Shown here: in pieces, positions 38,346-48,458 of the stretch | How the letters are laid out: each line of letters starts with the position of its first letter | Position numbering within the stretch: the first letter of the stretch is position 1 | Source of the DNA: an uncultured Candidatus Saccharibacteria bacterium | Lineage (GTDB): Bacteria; Patescibacteriota; Minisyncoccia; UBA6257; WO2-44-18 | Reading direction: 5' to 3' | Assembly: GCA_964545345.1 (NCBI GenBank) | Contig: CAZJFE010000001.1 | Span: 15,360-79,359 of the forward strand | Length of the DNA stretch: 64,000 nt | Notes under the pieces: model-generated | Told to the model about the DNA's origin: nothing | Seen by the model: only the letters and a program-made list of their open reading frames with translations | The model's database searches: none | Position numbers and translations under genes: made by a program

Positions 38346-39128
38346 ATGGTTATTGATGGGAAAAAAATAGCTGGGCAAATTATCGCCGAGCTGAAGAAGC
38401 AGTTGGCGCCGCAAAAAGAGCTGGCGGCGATTTTAGTTGGCGAAAACCCCGCCTCGGCTAGTTTTTTGCGGCAAAAGGAAAAGATCGCGAAAGATTTGGG
38501 AGTTAATTTTCAGCTCCACAATTTGAGAGCCGACTTATCCCAAGGTGAACTGATTGTTGAGTTGGGTAAGTTGATTTCCAGTGATCAGGTCGGCGGATTC
38601 ATTTTGCAATTGCCTTTGCCGGAAAAATACGACCGTGACGAGGTTTTGGCAGCTTTGCCCTCAGAAAAAGATGTTGACGCGCTCACCGGCAGAGGAAAAG
38701 CGGTGCCGCCGGCAGTTTTAGCGGTGCAAGATGTTTTAAAAGAAGTTCGTTTTTCTTTAGCCGACAAAGTGGTTGGGGTTGTGGGCCGGGGTTTACTGGT
38801 TGGTCGACCAATTGCCGAGTGGCTTAGCGGTCAATGCCGGGAAGTAATCATTTTTCACACCAAAACCGATTTGAGTCGGATTGCCGATTGCGATCTGGTG
38901 ATTTCCGGAGCCGGCAAGGCCGGTTTAATTAAACCGGATATGCTCAAGCCAGGCGCTGGATTGATTGATTTCGGTTTTGACATGGTTGACGGCAAAGTTC
39001 GCGGCGATTTTGATCCAGCGTCGTTAGTCGTTAGTCGTTCGTCAGTCAGTTTTTACACTCCCACCCCAGGCGGCACCGGGCCTATTCTGGTTGCCGAATT
39101 GTTCAAAAATTTCTATACTCTTAACTAA
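38346..39128 (+). CDS. folD: Methylenetetrahydrofolate dehydrogenase/cyclohydrolase
   Basis: IDGKKIA, GFILQLPLP, KDVDAL, TPTPGGTGP; follows glyA. Confidence 0.88.
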   Translation: MVIDGKKIAGQIIAELKKQLAPQKELAAILVGENPASASFLRQKEKIAKDLGVNFQLHNLRADLSQGELIVELGKLISSDQVGGFILQLPLPEKYDRDEVLAALPSEKDVDALTGRGKAVPPAVLAVQDVLKEVRFSLADKVVGVVGRGLLVGRPIAEWLSGQCREVIIFHTKTDLSRIADCDLVISGAGKAGLIKPDMLKPGAGLIDFGFDMVDGKVRGDFDPASLVVSRSSVSFYTPTPGGTGPILVAELFKNFYTLN

Positions 39129-39817
39129 TGGAGTATCTTACGCCCGAGGAAATTAAGGCCAATAAAGAGGGCCTACAGGGCAAGTTTAAGCTTAAAACGA
39201 CTCAACACCCAGGGACTATTAAGGGGCGTTGCAGGGGCATCTTTCTTGACGCTGTCGGTGATAAGAATACGAAGATTTTGGATTTCGGGGTTGGTTCCGG
39301 GGCGTTCCTTAAGTCAATCCAAGAAAGTGGTTATCAGCATCTCTATGGTTGTGACATTGATGACTATCTCGCTCCGGAAGTGAAGCCGCTGATAAAAGAA
39401 TTTAAAACTTTTGACGCTAGCTTTGGAAAATTTCCTTGGCCGGACCAATCTTTTGATGTTGTAACCGCTTGGGAGGTTTTTGAGCACTTAGAGAATCCGC
39501 ATCAGGCGCTTCGGGAGGTGGATAGAATCCTAAAACCGAAAGGATTACTGGTGATGTCCCTGCCGAATATTTTTCATATTATTTCCCGGTTAATTTTCCT
39601 GAAGCGCGGTCTTTTCCCGCGCTGGAACGAAACCAACAATCATATTTCCATGTTCCCGCACGGAATTTTTGAAAAAACTTTCCTGAAGTACTTCAATTTG
39701 GAGAAAGAAGGATATGTTTTTTCTAAAATCAATCTCCCTCTTTTGAGTTCTATCAAATGGTTGCCTGAAAACCAGTGGTTTGGTAATTGGGTGTACTACG
39801 TTCTTAGAAAAAAGTAA
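39128..39817 (+). CDS. Class I SAM methyltransferase (paralog of 36213-36977)
   Basis: ILDFGVGSG, EHLENP, RILKPKG. Confidence 0.88.
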   Translation: MEYLTPEEIKANKEGLQGKFKLKTTQHPGTIKGRCRGIFLDAVGDKNTKILDFGVGSGAFLKSIQESGYQHLYGCDIDDYLAPEVKPLIKEFKTFDASFGKFPWPDQSFDVVTAWEVFEHLENPHQALREVDRILKPKGLLVMSLPNIFHIISRLIFLKRGLFPRWNETNNHISMFPHGIFEKTFLKYFNLEKEGYVFSKINLPLLSSIKWLPENQWFGNWVYYVLRKK

Positions 39818-40860
39818 TGAAGATATTTTTTCTCAATCACGATCTAAGCCCATACACCGGCGCTGGGCGATTTTTTATTTTTCTAACCTCAACCCTGAAA
39901 CATTTGCTTCCCGACCTTTCTATTAAGGTCGCCACTTCAGAAGATTTGATTTCTATAAACAAAATAAAATTGCTTTGGAATACTCCGAAGATTTTGAGCA
40001 TAGCCAAAGGTTCCGACCTGATTCATGCGTTGGACGGCTGGCCATATGGTTTTTTGGCGGCGATCTGCGCCCGGTTATTGCGTAAGAGATTGATAATCAC
40101 GGCAGTCGGGACCGGTGGCGTGAAGCCGTTGTATAACTTCTGGCAGCGCCCTTTGTTGAAATGGGCCTACCGACGAGCTGATAGATTAGTAGCTGTGAGC
40201 CGCCACACGCGGGACGAAATCTTTAAAGTGATTCCAGGTTTGAATATTGAGGTGATTAACCACGGAGTGGATGCAACCAAGTTCAACTCGTTAGTTGCAA
40301 GTGGTGAGTCGTTAGTTCCTCGTCCTTATATTTTAAGTGTTGGCGCTTGGAAGCGGCGTAAGGGCTTTGAGTATTCAATCGCCGCATTTGATTTGCTGAA
40401 ACAGCAGCGTCCAAATCTTAGATACGTTATTTTATGCAATCCCCCGGCCGGGATTAAGGAAAGATATCCTCAAGTTTCATTCGTCGGCGGATTTTCGGAG
40501 AGCGCCTTGGCCGCCTTATACAAAAATGCCGAGCTATTCATTTTATTGCCTCAAGATGATAATAAAGATATAGAAGGATTTGGCCTTATTTACCTTGAAG
40601 CCGCCGCCGCTGGGCTACCGGTGATCGGGGCGAAGAGTACCAGCGCCGAGGATGCGGTTTTGAATGGCAAGAACGGAATCTTAGTAGACGGTCAGAATCC
40701 ACGGGAGGCCGTCGCGGCGATGGAGAAGATATTGAGCAATTCAGAGTTGCGGACTCAGATGAGTAGGGAATCTGTAGAGTTTGCGAAAACTATGACTTGG
40801 GAAAAAGCCGCGCAAGCATATTCCAACATATACCATGAACTTCAAAGTAGAAACTCTTAA
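39817..40860 (+). CDS. GT4 glycosyltransferase
   Basis: LSVGAWKRRKG, EGFGLIYLEAAAAG. Confidence 0.9.
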   Translation: MKIFFLNHDLSPYTGAGRFFIFLTSTLKHLLPDLSIKVATSEDLISINKIKLLWNTPKILSIAKGSDLIHALDGWPYGFLAAICARLLRKRLIITAVGTGGVKPLYNFWQRPLLKWAYRRADRLVAVSRHTRDEIFKVIPGLNIEVINHGVDATKFNSLVASGESLVPRPYILSVGAWKRRKGFEYSIAAFDLLKQQRPNLRYVILCNPPAGIKERYPQVSFVGGFSESALAALYKNAELFILLPQDDNKDIEGFGLIYLEAAAAGLPVIGAKSTSAEDAVLNGKNGILVDGQNPREAVAAMEKILSNSELRTQMSRESVEFAKTMTWEKAAQAYSNIYHELQSRNS

Positions 40861-41281
40861 AAAGGCAGACAAAAAATCTTTAGCGGAGATGAATAATCTT
40901 ACCGCTCAATTGAGTTTATCAGCGACCGCGCCTAAGCCGATGACTTTGGTGGAATTGAAACAGATGCTGGCGCAGAAAGATTTTTACCAACTGGTAATCC
41001 GCAGTAAGGGAGTGATCGTTGCCGGACTGAATGTCTATATGACCCGCATCCCGACGGGGCTGATTGCTGAAGCGGAGGACTTGGTAGTAGATGAGCCATA
41101 CCGAATGTGGGGGTTGGGCAGAATTTTAATGGAGAAAGCGATTGAGTTCGCAAAAAAGCACAAAGCCAAGCACATCAGTCACCGTACTAATCCGAAACGG
41201 CTGGATGCCAATAAGTTGTACCGGGCAATGGGTTTCAAGCAGATGGAAACCAATTTTTATCGGATCAATCTAAACTACTAA
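40835..41281 (+). CDS. GNAT N-acetyltransferase
   Basis: EDLVVDEPYRMWGLGRILM, ANKLYRAMGF. Confidence 0.88.
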   Translation: MNFKVETLKKADKKSLAEMNNLTAQLSLSATAPKPMTLVELKQMLAQKDFYQLVIRSKGVIVAGLNVYMTRIPTGLIAEAEDLVVDEPYRMWGLGRILMEKAIEFAKKHKAKHISHRTNPKRLDANKLYRAMGFKQMETNFYRINLNY

Positions 41282-42622
41282 ATGCGTACGATATTAATTT
41301 CCAGCTTCAACCCCTTTATCTCCCGCAATCTCTTCTGCGGGGATTTTTTGACCGGTTTGAAATCTACTCCGGACGCTAAAGTTATTTTGATAGTTCCGGA
41401 TTATAAGAAATATTTTTTTGAGAAAAATTTTGGGGGTGGCAATGTCTCCATTGAGGGAGTATTAGTTGCCTCTCCCAGCAGACGAGAAGTGCTTTTTAAG
41501 TATTTGGCGAGTTCATTAGTTTGGACCCGAACCATCTTTATTCATAAACGGGAGAAGTTAGCCAAGGATGGAAAGATTTTAAGATTTTTATCGGCCCTAT
41601 TTTTAATGGCCATTGGCGGTTTGCGAATACCGAGAATGATTTGCCGGGCCGTGGATTACCGGTTAGATAAACTGGAAAAGTTCCGGATGCTTATTGATAA
41701 GTATTCCCCGTCTCTAGTTTTCGCGACCGATGTTTTCAATGATGATGACGTTCGTTTATTGCACGCCGCTAGGCGCGCCAAGATTCAAACAGTTGGAATG
41801 ATTCGCTCCTGGGACAATGTCACCACCAAAGGACTTTTTAGAGCTAAGCCGGATAAGTTGGTAGTCCATAACGAAATTATCAAAAAAGAAGCAACCGGTT
41901 ATTGCGGTATGGGCGCGAAGGATGTTTCGGTCGTCGGCCTGCCCCAATTTGATGTGTATTTTAAAGGCGGGCATCAACCGCGAGAAGAGTTTTTCAAAAA
42001 AATCGGCTTGGATCCGAATAAAAAACTAATCATGTTCGCGCCTTTCGGGAATCGGTTTTGGGATTTGGATTGGCAGATTTTGGAGATCCTAAAAAAGACC
42101 GGTTATCAGATACTAGCGCGGATGACACCGCAGGATTTAGTGGATTTATCCAAATTTCAGCTAGCTCCGAATGTTTATATTGATTGGCCCGGTCAGCGAT
42201 TTCACGAAAATAAAGCTCGGGATGCCGAGTTGGGCCAGGAAGATTTACAATGGCTTTCCGACTCGCTCTATTATTCTGATCTGGTAGTTACTTGCGGGGC
42301 GACGCTGGGAATGGACGCGGCGGTTTTTGATAAGCCGGTAATCATGATTGGGTTTGATGGTCGGGAGAAGCGGTCGTATATCAGGAGTGTGGACCGATTT
42401 TTGAAATTCAATCATCCACAAATTGTTTATCGGACCGGTGGATTCAAGGTAGCCCGAAGTGAAGACGAACTTCATAAAATGATGGACGAATATCTAAAAA
42501 ATCCGGCCTTGGGTTGGGAAAATCGTCAAAAAATGATCCAGGAATTTTGTGTTTACTTAGACGGCAAGTGTGGAGAGCGCCTCGGACGTTTCATCTTATC
42601 TCAACTGAAACGAGAGAATTAA
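41282..42622 (+). CDS. GT-B fold protein (SWDN paralog 2)
   Basis: IRSWDNVTTKG, VGLPQFD, TLGMDAAVFDKP, DGKCGER. Confidence 0.7.
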   Translation: MRTILISSFNPFISRNLFCGDFLTGLKSTPDAKVILIVPDYKKYFFEKNFGGGNVSIEGVLVASPSRREVLFKYLASSLVWTRTIFIHKREKLAKDGKILRFLSALFLMAIGGLRIPRMICRAVDYRLDKLEKFRMLIDKYSPSLVFATDVFNDDDVRLLHAARRAKIQTVGMIRSWDNVTTKGLFRAKPDKLVVHNEIIKKEATGYCGMGAKDVSVVGLPQFDVYFKGGHQPREEFFKKIGLDPNKKLIMFAPFGNRFWDLDWQILEILKKTGYQILARMTPQDLVDLSKFQLAPNVYIDWPGQRFHENKARDAELGQEDLQWLSDSLYYSDLVVTCGATLGMDAAVFDKPVIMIGFDGREKRSYIRSVDRFLKFNHPQIVYRTGGFKVARSEDELHKMMDEYLKNPALGWENRQKMIQEFCVYLDGKCGERLGRFILSQLKREN

Positions 42623-42808
42623 CCTTCAAGGAACATCTCAGTTTTCCCAAAGCGGAGGCCACACTACTTTTGGGGGGTTGTCGGAGCGAAGCTAGCTTGG
42701 TTTCTGAATAGCTGAGCGAGACAGAGGGAGCCGGCTCGCCGGAAGCCGGCTACCCGTCCCCCAGAAGTAGTGTGGCTGAAGCGGGTTATTTTGTTTCCGC
42801 GAAGGTTA
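42620..42808. repeat. Long palindromic element between convergent genes
   Basis: 19-bp arms GCCACACTACTTTTGGGGG (42658-42676) / CCCCCAGAAGTAGTGTGGC (42758-42776), outer TAACCTTC/GAAGGTTA, inner AGCCGGCT hairpin. Confidence 0.65.
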
Positions 42809-42820
42809 GTTACCGAGTCC

Positions 42821-43786
42821 TTATTGCGAGCGAGCTTGCTGCCACTCAATAGTCCTCTTTAGCCCTTCTTCAAATTTGATTTTCGGATCATAACCGAACC
42901 ATTCTTTGGCCTTAGAAACATCAGCGTGAGTATGTTTCACGTCTCCCAGGCGAGGCGGGCGCGATTCCAGACTCAGCTTCCTGCCGGTATGTCTTTCAAT
43001 TATTTCTCGAACTTCATTTAAAGCAGTGCGTTCGCCGTGCGCAACATTGAAAGCTTCTCCGGCAAACTTTTTGTCGGATTGCATGGCGAGGATATTGGCG
43101 GCGACAACATTGTCTACATAACAAAAGTCCCGTGATTGCGTGCCGTCTCCCTCTAAGAATCCCTTTTTCTTTTCCGGGAAATATAAAGCTTCTAACCAGC
43201 CGGCAATAACGGTTGAATATGGGGAATCGCCATATTGCCCCGGACCAAAAACGGTGAAGTAGCGCAACGCTACCGTGTCTAAGCCATAAAGATTACTGAA
43301 AACCTTACAGAATAATTCCCCGGTATATTTTTGAAGGGCGTAGGGAGATTTTGGGTCGCAGGGATTTTCCGATTCTTTGGTCGGCATTGTCAGCGCCCCG
43401 CCGTACACGGATGAGGAAGAGGAATACATTACTCGTTTCACTCCGTGATTTTTGGCGGCCTCCAGTACGGCTACCGTTCCGGTGATGTTTGCTTCGGTGG
43501 TCAGGGTCGGATTTTCCACTGAAAAAGAAACTCTGGGGACGGCGGCGAAATGGAAAACATATTCCGGTTTGTGGGTGGAAAAGATTTTTTCCAATAGAAC
43601 AGTATCGGTGATGGAGCCCTCATAGAATTTCATGCCTCCATCAATGGCGTCACGTCGGCCGGTGGCGAAATTATCTATTCCGATAATCTGGGTTTGCGGG
43701 AATTGATTTTTAAACTGGCGTACAAAATTACTGCCGATGAATCCGGCGGGTCCGGTAACTAGAATAGTCCTAGGGTTATTAGTCAT
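42821..43786 (-). CDS. NAD-dependent epimerase/dehydratase (WbpP/GalE-like)
   Basis: TGPAGFIGS, SSSSVYG, YALQK, RDFCYV, RLGDVKH. Confidence 0.92.
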   Translation of the reverse strand: MTNNPRTILVTGPAGFIGSNFVRQFKNQFPQTQIIGIDNFATGRRDAIDGGMKFYEGSITDTVLLEKIFSTHKPEYVFHFAAVPRVSFSVENPTLTTEANITGTVAVLEAAKNHGVKRVMYSSSSSVYGGALTMPTKESENPCDPKSPYALQKYTGELFCKVFSNLYGLDTVALRYFTVFGPGQYGDSPYSTVIAGWLEALYFPEKKKGFLEGDGTQSRDFCYVDNVVAANILAMQSDKKFAGEAFNVAHGERTALNEVREIIERHTGRKLSLESRPPRLGDVKHTHADVSKAKEWFGYDPKIKFEEGLKRTIEWQQARSQ

Positions 43787-45690
43787 TAGTTATTAGTCCG
43801 AAGGATTTTGTAGATCAGGACGCCCTCGTTTTTGTAGACCAATCTTAGTCCGGGATCAGATGATAAATCAATAGCGCCCAGTTGCTTCTCCCAGGGGCCA
43901 AAATAGACATAATCAGCGTCGATATCTTCCCAGCTCGTCCTTAATTTCAGGTAATCTTGCGACAATTTGGTCATTCTCTCGGCGCGCGCTTCCTTTACGG
44001 AAGTTTTATCCCCACCGCTCATAAATTCGTTGTAGGTTCCATATTTGCTGGTGAAGTAATTGCCGTAGAGATGCCAGATGCTGTCATTTTGATTACTACC
44101 TTCATCGGGGAAGCAATCAAAGCCGGAGCAGGTCCTCGGGTAAGTCCCATAGAGACGGTTTTCAAAATTTACCGGGCTGACGCCAAAAAGCTTATGCGCA
44201 GACAAATATCTATTTTCCATTTCCTCCATCGGCATTGTGCTGGTGAAGCCGGTCGGCAGATAAGGACGCGCAGAAGTGTATGTGGTCAGATATAGAGCAT
44301 TCATCACAGAAGGGGTTATGACGCGCGGTTCGGGAGGAAGATTCTCGTTGATCCAGTCCCAGGATTTGGCGATGCCATTATCAAATTTGTAATAGTCCCA
44401 GAGGAATTGTTGTTGGTTGCGATAAATAGCGATCGGATTCGCGATCTTTTTGATAACCAAAACCGCGGACAAGGCGATTAGAGAAATCAGCAGAACCTTT
44501 CGCCATTTTTGTTTATGAGCCAACCGATTTAGTAGTTCAAATATCACTACGCCTAGAACTATAAACACAATTGGGCTTGCCACCTTATACCAGGTGTGTG
44601 GAACAGGAACGTAGCCAATTACTAATTGCACATTCCAGGCGATGAAGAATGCCGCGATCAGAGTTGTGAGAAATACCGCTTTGAGTCGATCAGTTTTCCG
44701 GTAGAGCCAGATCACTAAAGCAATCAATCCGGCATAGACTAGGTAATCCGGCCAGACCTGCGTTGCAAAAAACCTCCCCTGGGCGATCCCTAACCGGAAA
44801 GTGTAATCTTCCATATTTGGCAGCTGCGAAAAATCCCAATAGTTAACGAAATAGGGCAGAGCAAAGACGATCAGCGTGGTCCAGAAGATAATCAAAAGTT
44901 TCCACCGGTGGAGCCGTTCTATTTTCGTCACTAGGCAGTAGGTGGTTAACAATCCCAAGACGATCACCCAGTAAACCCAAAAATGGAAGTAGACGTAGAA
45001 TAGAGTTGAAGAAACGACGGCGGCGACCACGGCTGAAATTTTTGACGGCTTAGTCCAGAACCAATAAGTCGCGGCGACGGCGCCGAGAAGGAACGGCGTG
45101 GTCATCAAAGGGTTATCAATTAAATGAAATGGCAGTTTATCAAACTGGGTTTGGACTAATGGGATGAAGTTCTTCAGGAAAAATGCCGAAAAATCATTCC
45201 AGCCGGACCAATCATAGAACGGGAGCTTCAGTGGAATTGGCGTTAATACTCCAACAAGGCCAAAAAATACCGACCAGATTTTTGATTTGGTGAATAGCCA
45301 GCTGATTAAAACGAAAAGTATGAAGATCAGTGCCGGGAAGCGCAGTTGAAGCATTAGATAGGCCCGGTTGATGCTTCCGTGAAAAGAGTTTAGATATATG
45401 GAGAAGATTGTCGGCGGTAGTAAATTAGCAACTGTTGGTCCGTTCACGGTGGCTGATACATCTGAGGGCGGGAAGTGGCCATCATATATTTCCCGCGCGC
45501 GTGGTAGGTAATGGTAAAGGGAATTGCGGTAGGTTTTGAATTGAGCGAGCACGAAACGCTGCCCTTCATTAATAAAGTTTTTACGAATGGCAAGGGATGG
45601 AGCGACATAGAGTACGCCAACCAGCGCCGCGAGGCCAACCACGAGAAGTATGAACTTATAACTATAAACTTTGCTCAATATTTTTCGCAT
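43786..45690 (-). CDS. Polytopic membrane protein, GT-C-like
   Basis: Many TM segments plus a soluble C-terminus (DYVYFG..LVYKNEGVLIY). Family is inferred from topology and context. Confidence 0.6.
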   Translation of the reverse strand: MRKILSKVYSYKFILLVVGLAALVGVLYVAPSLAIRKNFINEGQRFVLAQFKTYRNSLYHYLPRAREIYDGHFPPSDVSATVNGPTVANLLPPTIFSIYLNSFHGSINRAYLMLQLRFPALIFILFVLISWLFTKSKIWSVFFGLVGVLTPIPLKLPFYDWSGWNDFSAFFLKNFIPLVQTQFDKLPFHLIDNPLMTTPFLLGAVAATYWFWTKPSKISAVVAAVVSSTLFYVYFHFWVYWVIVLGLLTTYCLVTKIERLHRWKLLIIFWTTLIVFALPYFVNYWDFSQLPNMEDYTFRLGIAQGRFFATQVWPDYLVYAGLIALVIWLYRKTDRLKAVFLTTLIAAFFIAWNVQLVIGYVPVPHTWYKVASPIVFIVLGVVIFELLNRLAHKQKWRKVLLISLIALSAVLVIKKIANPIAIYRNQQQFLWDYYKFDNGIAKSWDWINENLPPEPRVITPSVMNALYLTTYTSARPYLPTGFTSTMPMEEMENRYLSAHKLFGVSPVNFENRLYGTYPRTCSGFDCFPDEGSNQNDSIWHLYGNYFTSKYGTYNEFMSGGDKTSVKEARAERMTKLSQDYLKLRTSWEDIDADYVYFGPWEKQLGAIDLSSDPGLRLVYKNEGVLIYKILRTNN

Positions 45691-45719
45691 AAGTTTATTC
45701 TACCAATGCCTATTGCCTA

Positions 45720-45748
45720 TTGCCTAATCCGTAGATTTCTGCTATAAT
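45720..45748 (+). promoter_or_regulatory. Promoter upstream of ORF 45780
   Basis: TTGCCT-N17-TATAAT with an extended TG; AAAGGAG RBS downstream. Confidence 0.55.
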
Positions 45749-45779
45749 CCTCGGCAGTTCTAACAAAAGGAGATCGGCC

Positions 45780-46451
45780 GTGGACAAGACTTCCGAAGGC
45801 AAACTGCTGGAGCTGGTGACTAGAATTTCTTCTGATCCCTTTCCGATTAAGGATCTGGTGCTATACCTAGTTGGTCAGACAGCAGACAATCAGTGGAGTG
45901 TGATTGGTCGAGCAGAAGAACTTTACGCTCGTCACTGGGGCTGTCTTCCAAAGATTTGCCTGGCAGAAAGTCAATTTCCACCCGAGAAAAGAAAGTACCC
46001 AAATTTCGCGGTTGATTGGAAGAACATCATGACGCGCAGAGGACTTCGCGTCGACTCGTTTACCACCTTCCGCTTTCCCGAAGGTCCTGTTGAGCATACC
46101 GGCACAGAGATGATGGGTTTGGTGGCTCACGCCAAGGAGCAGAGTTGGGAAGATGTTGTGTTGATCGCCACGCCCTGGCATCAGCTGCGCTCCTTCCTTT
46201 CGGCGGTGGCTGCCACGAAGAAGATCGGTTATCCATTGCGCCTCTGGAGTTGCCCCGGAAACGCCTTGTCTTGGACCGAGCAGTCGGTTCACTCCCAGGG
46301 CGTGCAGACCGGCTCTCGCGCTGATTTCATCCACGCCGAGTTGGACAAGGTCAAGGCCTATTCCGCCCGAGGTGACATCTCTACGATTGAGGAGGGCATT
46401 GAGTACCTCAACTGGCGAGACGCTCAGGGCTGGGAAGACGCCCCAAAATAA
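45780..46451 (+). CDS. YdcF/DUF218-like protein
   Basis: HTGTEM..L...AKEQSWEDVVLIATPWHQLRS. Confidence 0.65.
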   Translation: MDKTSEGKLLELVTRISSDPFPIKDLVLYLVGQTADNQWSVIGRAEELYARHWGCLPKICLAESQFPPEKRKYPNFAVDWKNIMTRRGLRVDSFTTFRFPEGPVEHTGTEMMGLVAHAKEQSWEDVVLIATPWHQLRSFLSAVAATKKIGYPLRLWSCPGNALSWTEQSVHSQGVQTGSRADFIHAELDKVKAYSARGDISTIEEGIEYLNWRDAQGWEDAPK

Positions 46452-46454
46452 ACT

Positions 46455-46483
46455 AAAAGCCCGCTTTACCGCGGGCCTTTTTT
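46455..46483 (+). terminator. Rho-independent terminator
   Basis: GCCCGC-TTTACC-GCGGGC followed by CTTTTTT. Confidence 0.7.
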
Positions 46484-46499
46484 GTTTTAATATCTGTAC

Positions 46500-47222
46500 A
46501 TGTTTAACGGGAAGCGGGTGTCGGTGGTTTTTGCTACTTACCGCGAAAAAAACTCCGTGCGAGCCGCTATTGAGGACTTCTATAATACCGGGATGGTTGA
46601 TGAGGTGGTGGTGGTGAGCAATAACGCCGAGCCGGGTACCGATGAAGAGGTCAAGAAAACTAAGGCCCGCTTGGTTTACCAGCCACAACAGGGTTATGGT
46701 TGGGCATTCCGAAAAGGCATCGCCGAAGCGACCGGCGACCTAATCGTTCTTTGCGAGCCGGATTCCACTTACACCGGGAAAGATTTAGGAAAGTTTTTAG
46801 AATATTCAAAAGATTTTGACGCGGTTTTTGGAACCCGCACCAATACCAGCACGATCGTGCCCGGTGGTGATATGCGCACCCTACGAAGAATTTGCAACGT
46901 GATTTACGGAAAAATTATTCAAACTCTTTACGGCACGACTTCCCTGACCGAAATCGGTTGTACTTATAAACTGTTTCGCAAAGAAGCTCTGCGGAAGATT
47001 GAACCGTTTTTTGTCTCCACTAACCCGCTATTTGCTACCGAGTTGATTTTGTTGTCTTCCGTGCACGGGCTGAAATTTGTGGAGATCCCGGTTCACTATG
47101 GGAATCGGGTCGGCCAATCCACGATCATCGCGAATTGGCGTAAATTGGTGAAATGGGCGATTAAATTACTGGTGTTTATTATCGGTTTCAGAATTGCCGC
47201 GCTACTTGGAAAACATAAATAG
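46500..47222 (+). CDS. GT2 (polyprenol-phosphate glycosyltransferase-like)
   Basis: VSVVFATYRE, GYGWAFRKG, VFGTR, FVEIPVHY. Confidence 0.88.
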   Translation: MFNGKRVSVVFATYREKNSVRAAIEDFYNTGMVDEVVVVSNNAEPGTDEEVKKTKARLVYQPQQGYGWAFRKGIAEATGDLIVLCEPDSTYTGKDLGKFLEYSKDFDAVFGTRTNTSTIVPGGDMRTLRRICNVIYGKIIQTLYGTTSLTEIGCTYKLFRKEALRKIEPFFVSTNPLFATELILLSSVHGLKFVEIPVHYGNRVGQSTIIANWRKLVKWAIKLLVFIIGFRIAALLGKHK

Positions 47223-48458
47223 ATGATGAAGGTAAACAAAACTTGTCGAGAGTGTGAAAGCGCCGACCTGGTGAAGTTTTTGGATTTGGGATTACAGCCG
47301 GCCGCTAATAGTTTTTTGAAGAAAGAAGAATTGAGCAATCCGGAGCTGAAGTTTCCGCTGGAAGCTTATTTTTGTCGGTCTTGTAATGCCGCCCAGCTAG
47401 TTCATGTGGTTGATAAGAGTTTATTGTTCCGGAATTATGTTTATTTCTCTTCCGGGATGCCAAAAGTTTCCCCGCATTGGCAGGCCTACGCAGAGCACGT
47501 GATGGCGAATTATTTGCCGGCCAAGAATGAATTTGTTTTGGAAATCGGCAGTAATGATGGCGTGCTGTTGAGGTTTTTCCGGGATCGCGGATATAAGGTT
47601 TTAGGCATTGACCCGGCGGAAAATATCGCTAAGGTCGCTGAAGCAATGGGTGTGCCTACCTGGGCAGACTTCTTTGGCGACACGGTAGCGGCTAAAGCGG
47701 TTGCCGCCCACGGACAGGCGATGGCGATTCTAGCCAATAACGTAGTGGCGCATATTGATGAGCATCAGGATTTGGTTCAGGGAGTGAAAACTTTATTACA
47801 TCCCAAAGGGGTGTTTGTCTTAGAAGCGCCGTACTTGATTGATATGTTTGAAAACCTAACTTATGACACAATCTATCACGAACATCTGGGATTTTTGGCC
47901 GTTCGCCCGCTTCAGAAACTTTTTGCCAAATATGGGTTGGAAGTTTTTGACGCCCAAGTGGTGCCATCACAGGGCAAATCAATTCGGCTGTTCACCTGCC
48001 ACCAAGGAGCTTATCCGGTTAAGCAATCGGTAATAGATTTGGTTAAAAAAGAGTTGGATCTGGGGTTAGATAAAGAAGAAAGCTACCAGGAACTTGGTCG
48101 GAGAGTGGCGGCTTCAAAAGAAAAACTGATGGCGTTGTTACAGGATCTGAAAAAGCAGGGCAAAACCATCGCCGCCTACGGCGCTCCGGCTAAAGGCAAT
48201 ACCCTTTTGAATTATTGCCAGATCGGGGCGGATACCTTAGATTACGCCCTGGAGGATTTACCGACTAAAACCGGCCTTTATACGCCCGGAACGCACATAC
48301 CGGTTGTGGATCGGAAGTATTCCGAAGCGCATAGGCCGGATTATTATCTGATGCTGGCCTGGAATTATCAGAAGGCAATCTTGGAGAAAGAACAGGAATT
48401 TTTGAAGAACGGCGGGCATTTCATTATCCCCGTGGGAGATGAAATAAAAATTATATGA
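47223..48458 (+). CDS. NDP-hexose C-methyltransferase (zinc-binding N-terminus)
   Basis: CREC...CRSC, EIGSNDG, YDTIYHEH, YGAPAKGNT, LAWNY. Confidence 0.9.
   Translation: MMKVNKTCRECESADLVKFLDLGLQPAANSFLKKEELSNPELKFPLEAYFCRSCNAAQLVHVVDKSLLFRNYVYFSSGMPKVSPHWQAYAEHVMANYLPAKNEFVLEIGSNDGVLLRFFRDRGYKVLGIDPAENIAKVAEAMGVPTWADFFGDTVAAKAVAAHGQAMAILANNVVAHIDEHQDLVQGVKTLLHPKGVFVLEAPYLIDMFENLTYDTIYHEHLGFLAVRPLQKLFAKYGLEVFDAQVVPSQGKSIRLFTCHQGAYPVKQSVIDLVKKELDLGLDKEESYQELGRRVAASKEKLMALLQDLKKQGKTIAAYGAPAKGNTLLNYCQIGADTLDYALEDLPTKTGLYTPGTHIPVVDRKYSEAHRPDYYLMLAWNYQKAILEKEQEFLKNGGHFIIPVGDEIKII

Noticed and set aside
45867-46688. 273-aa minus-strand ORF
   Set aside because: Antisense to two well-supported genes and crosses a terminator.
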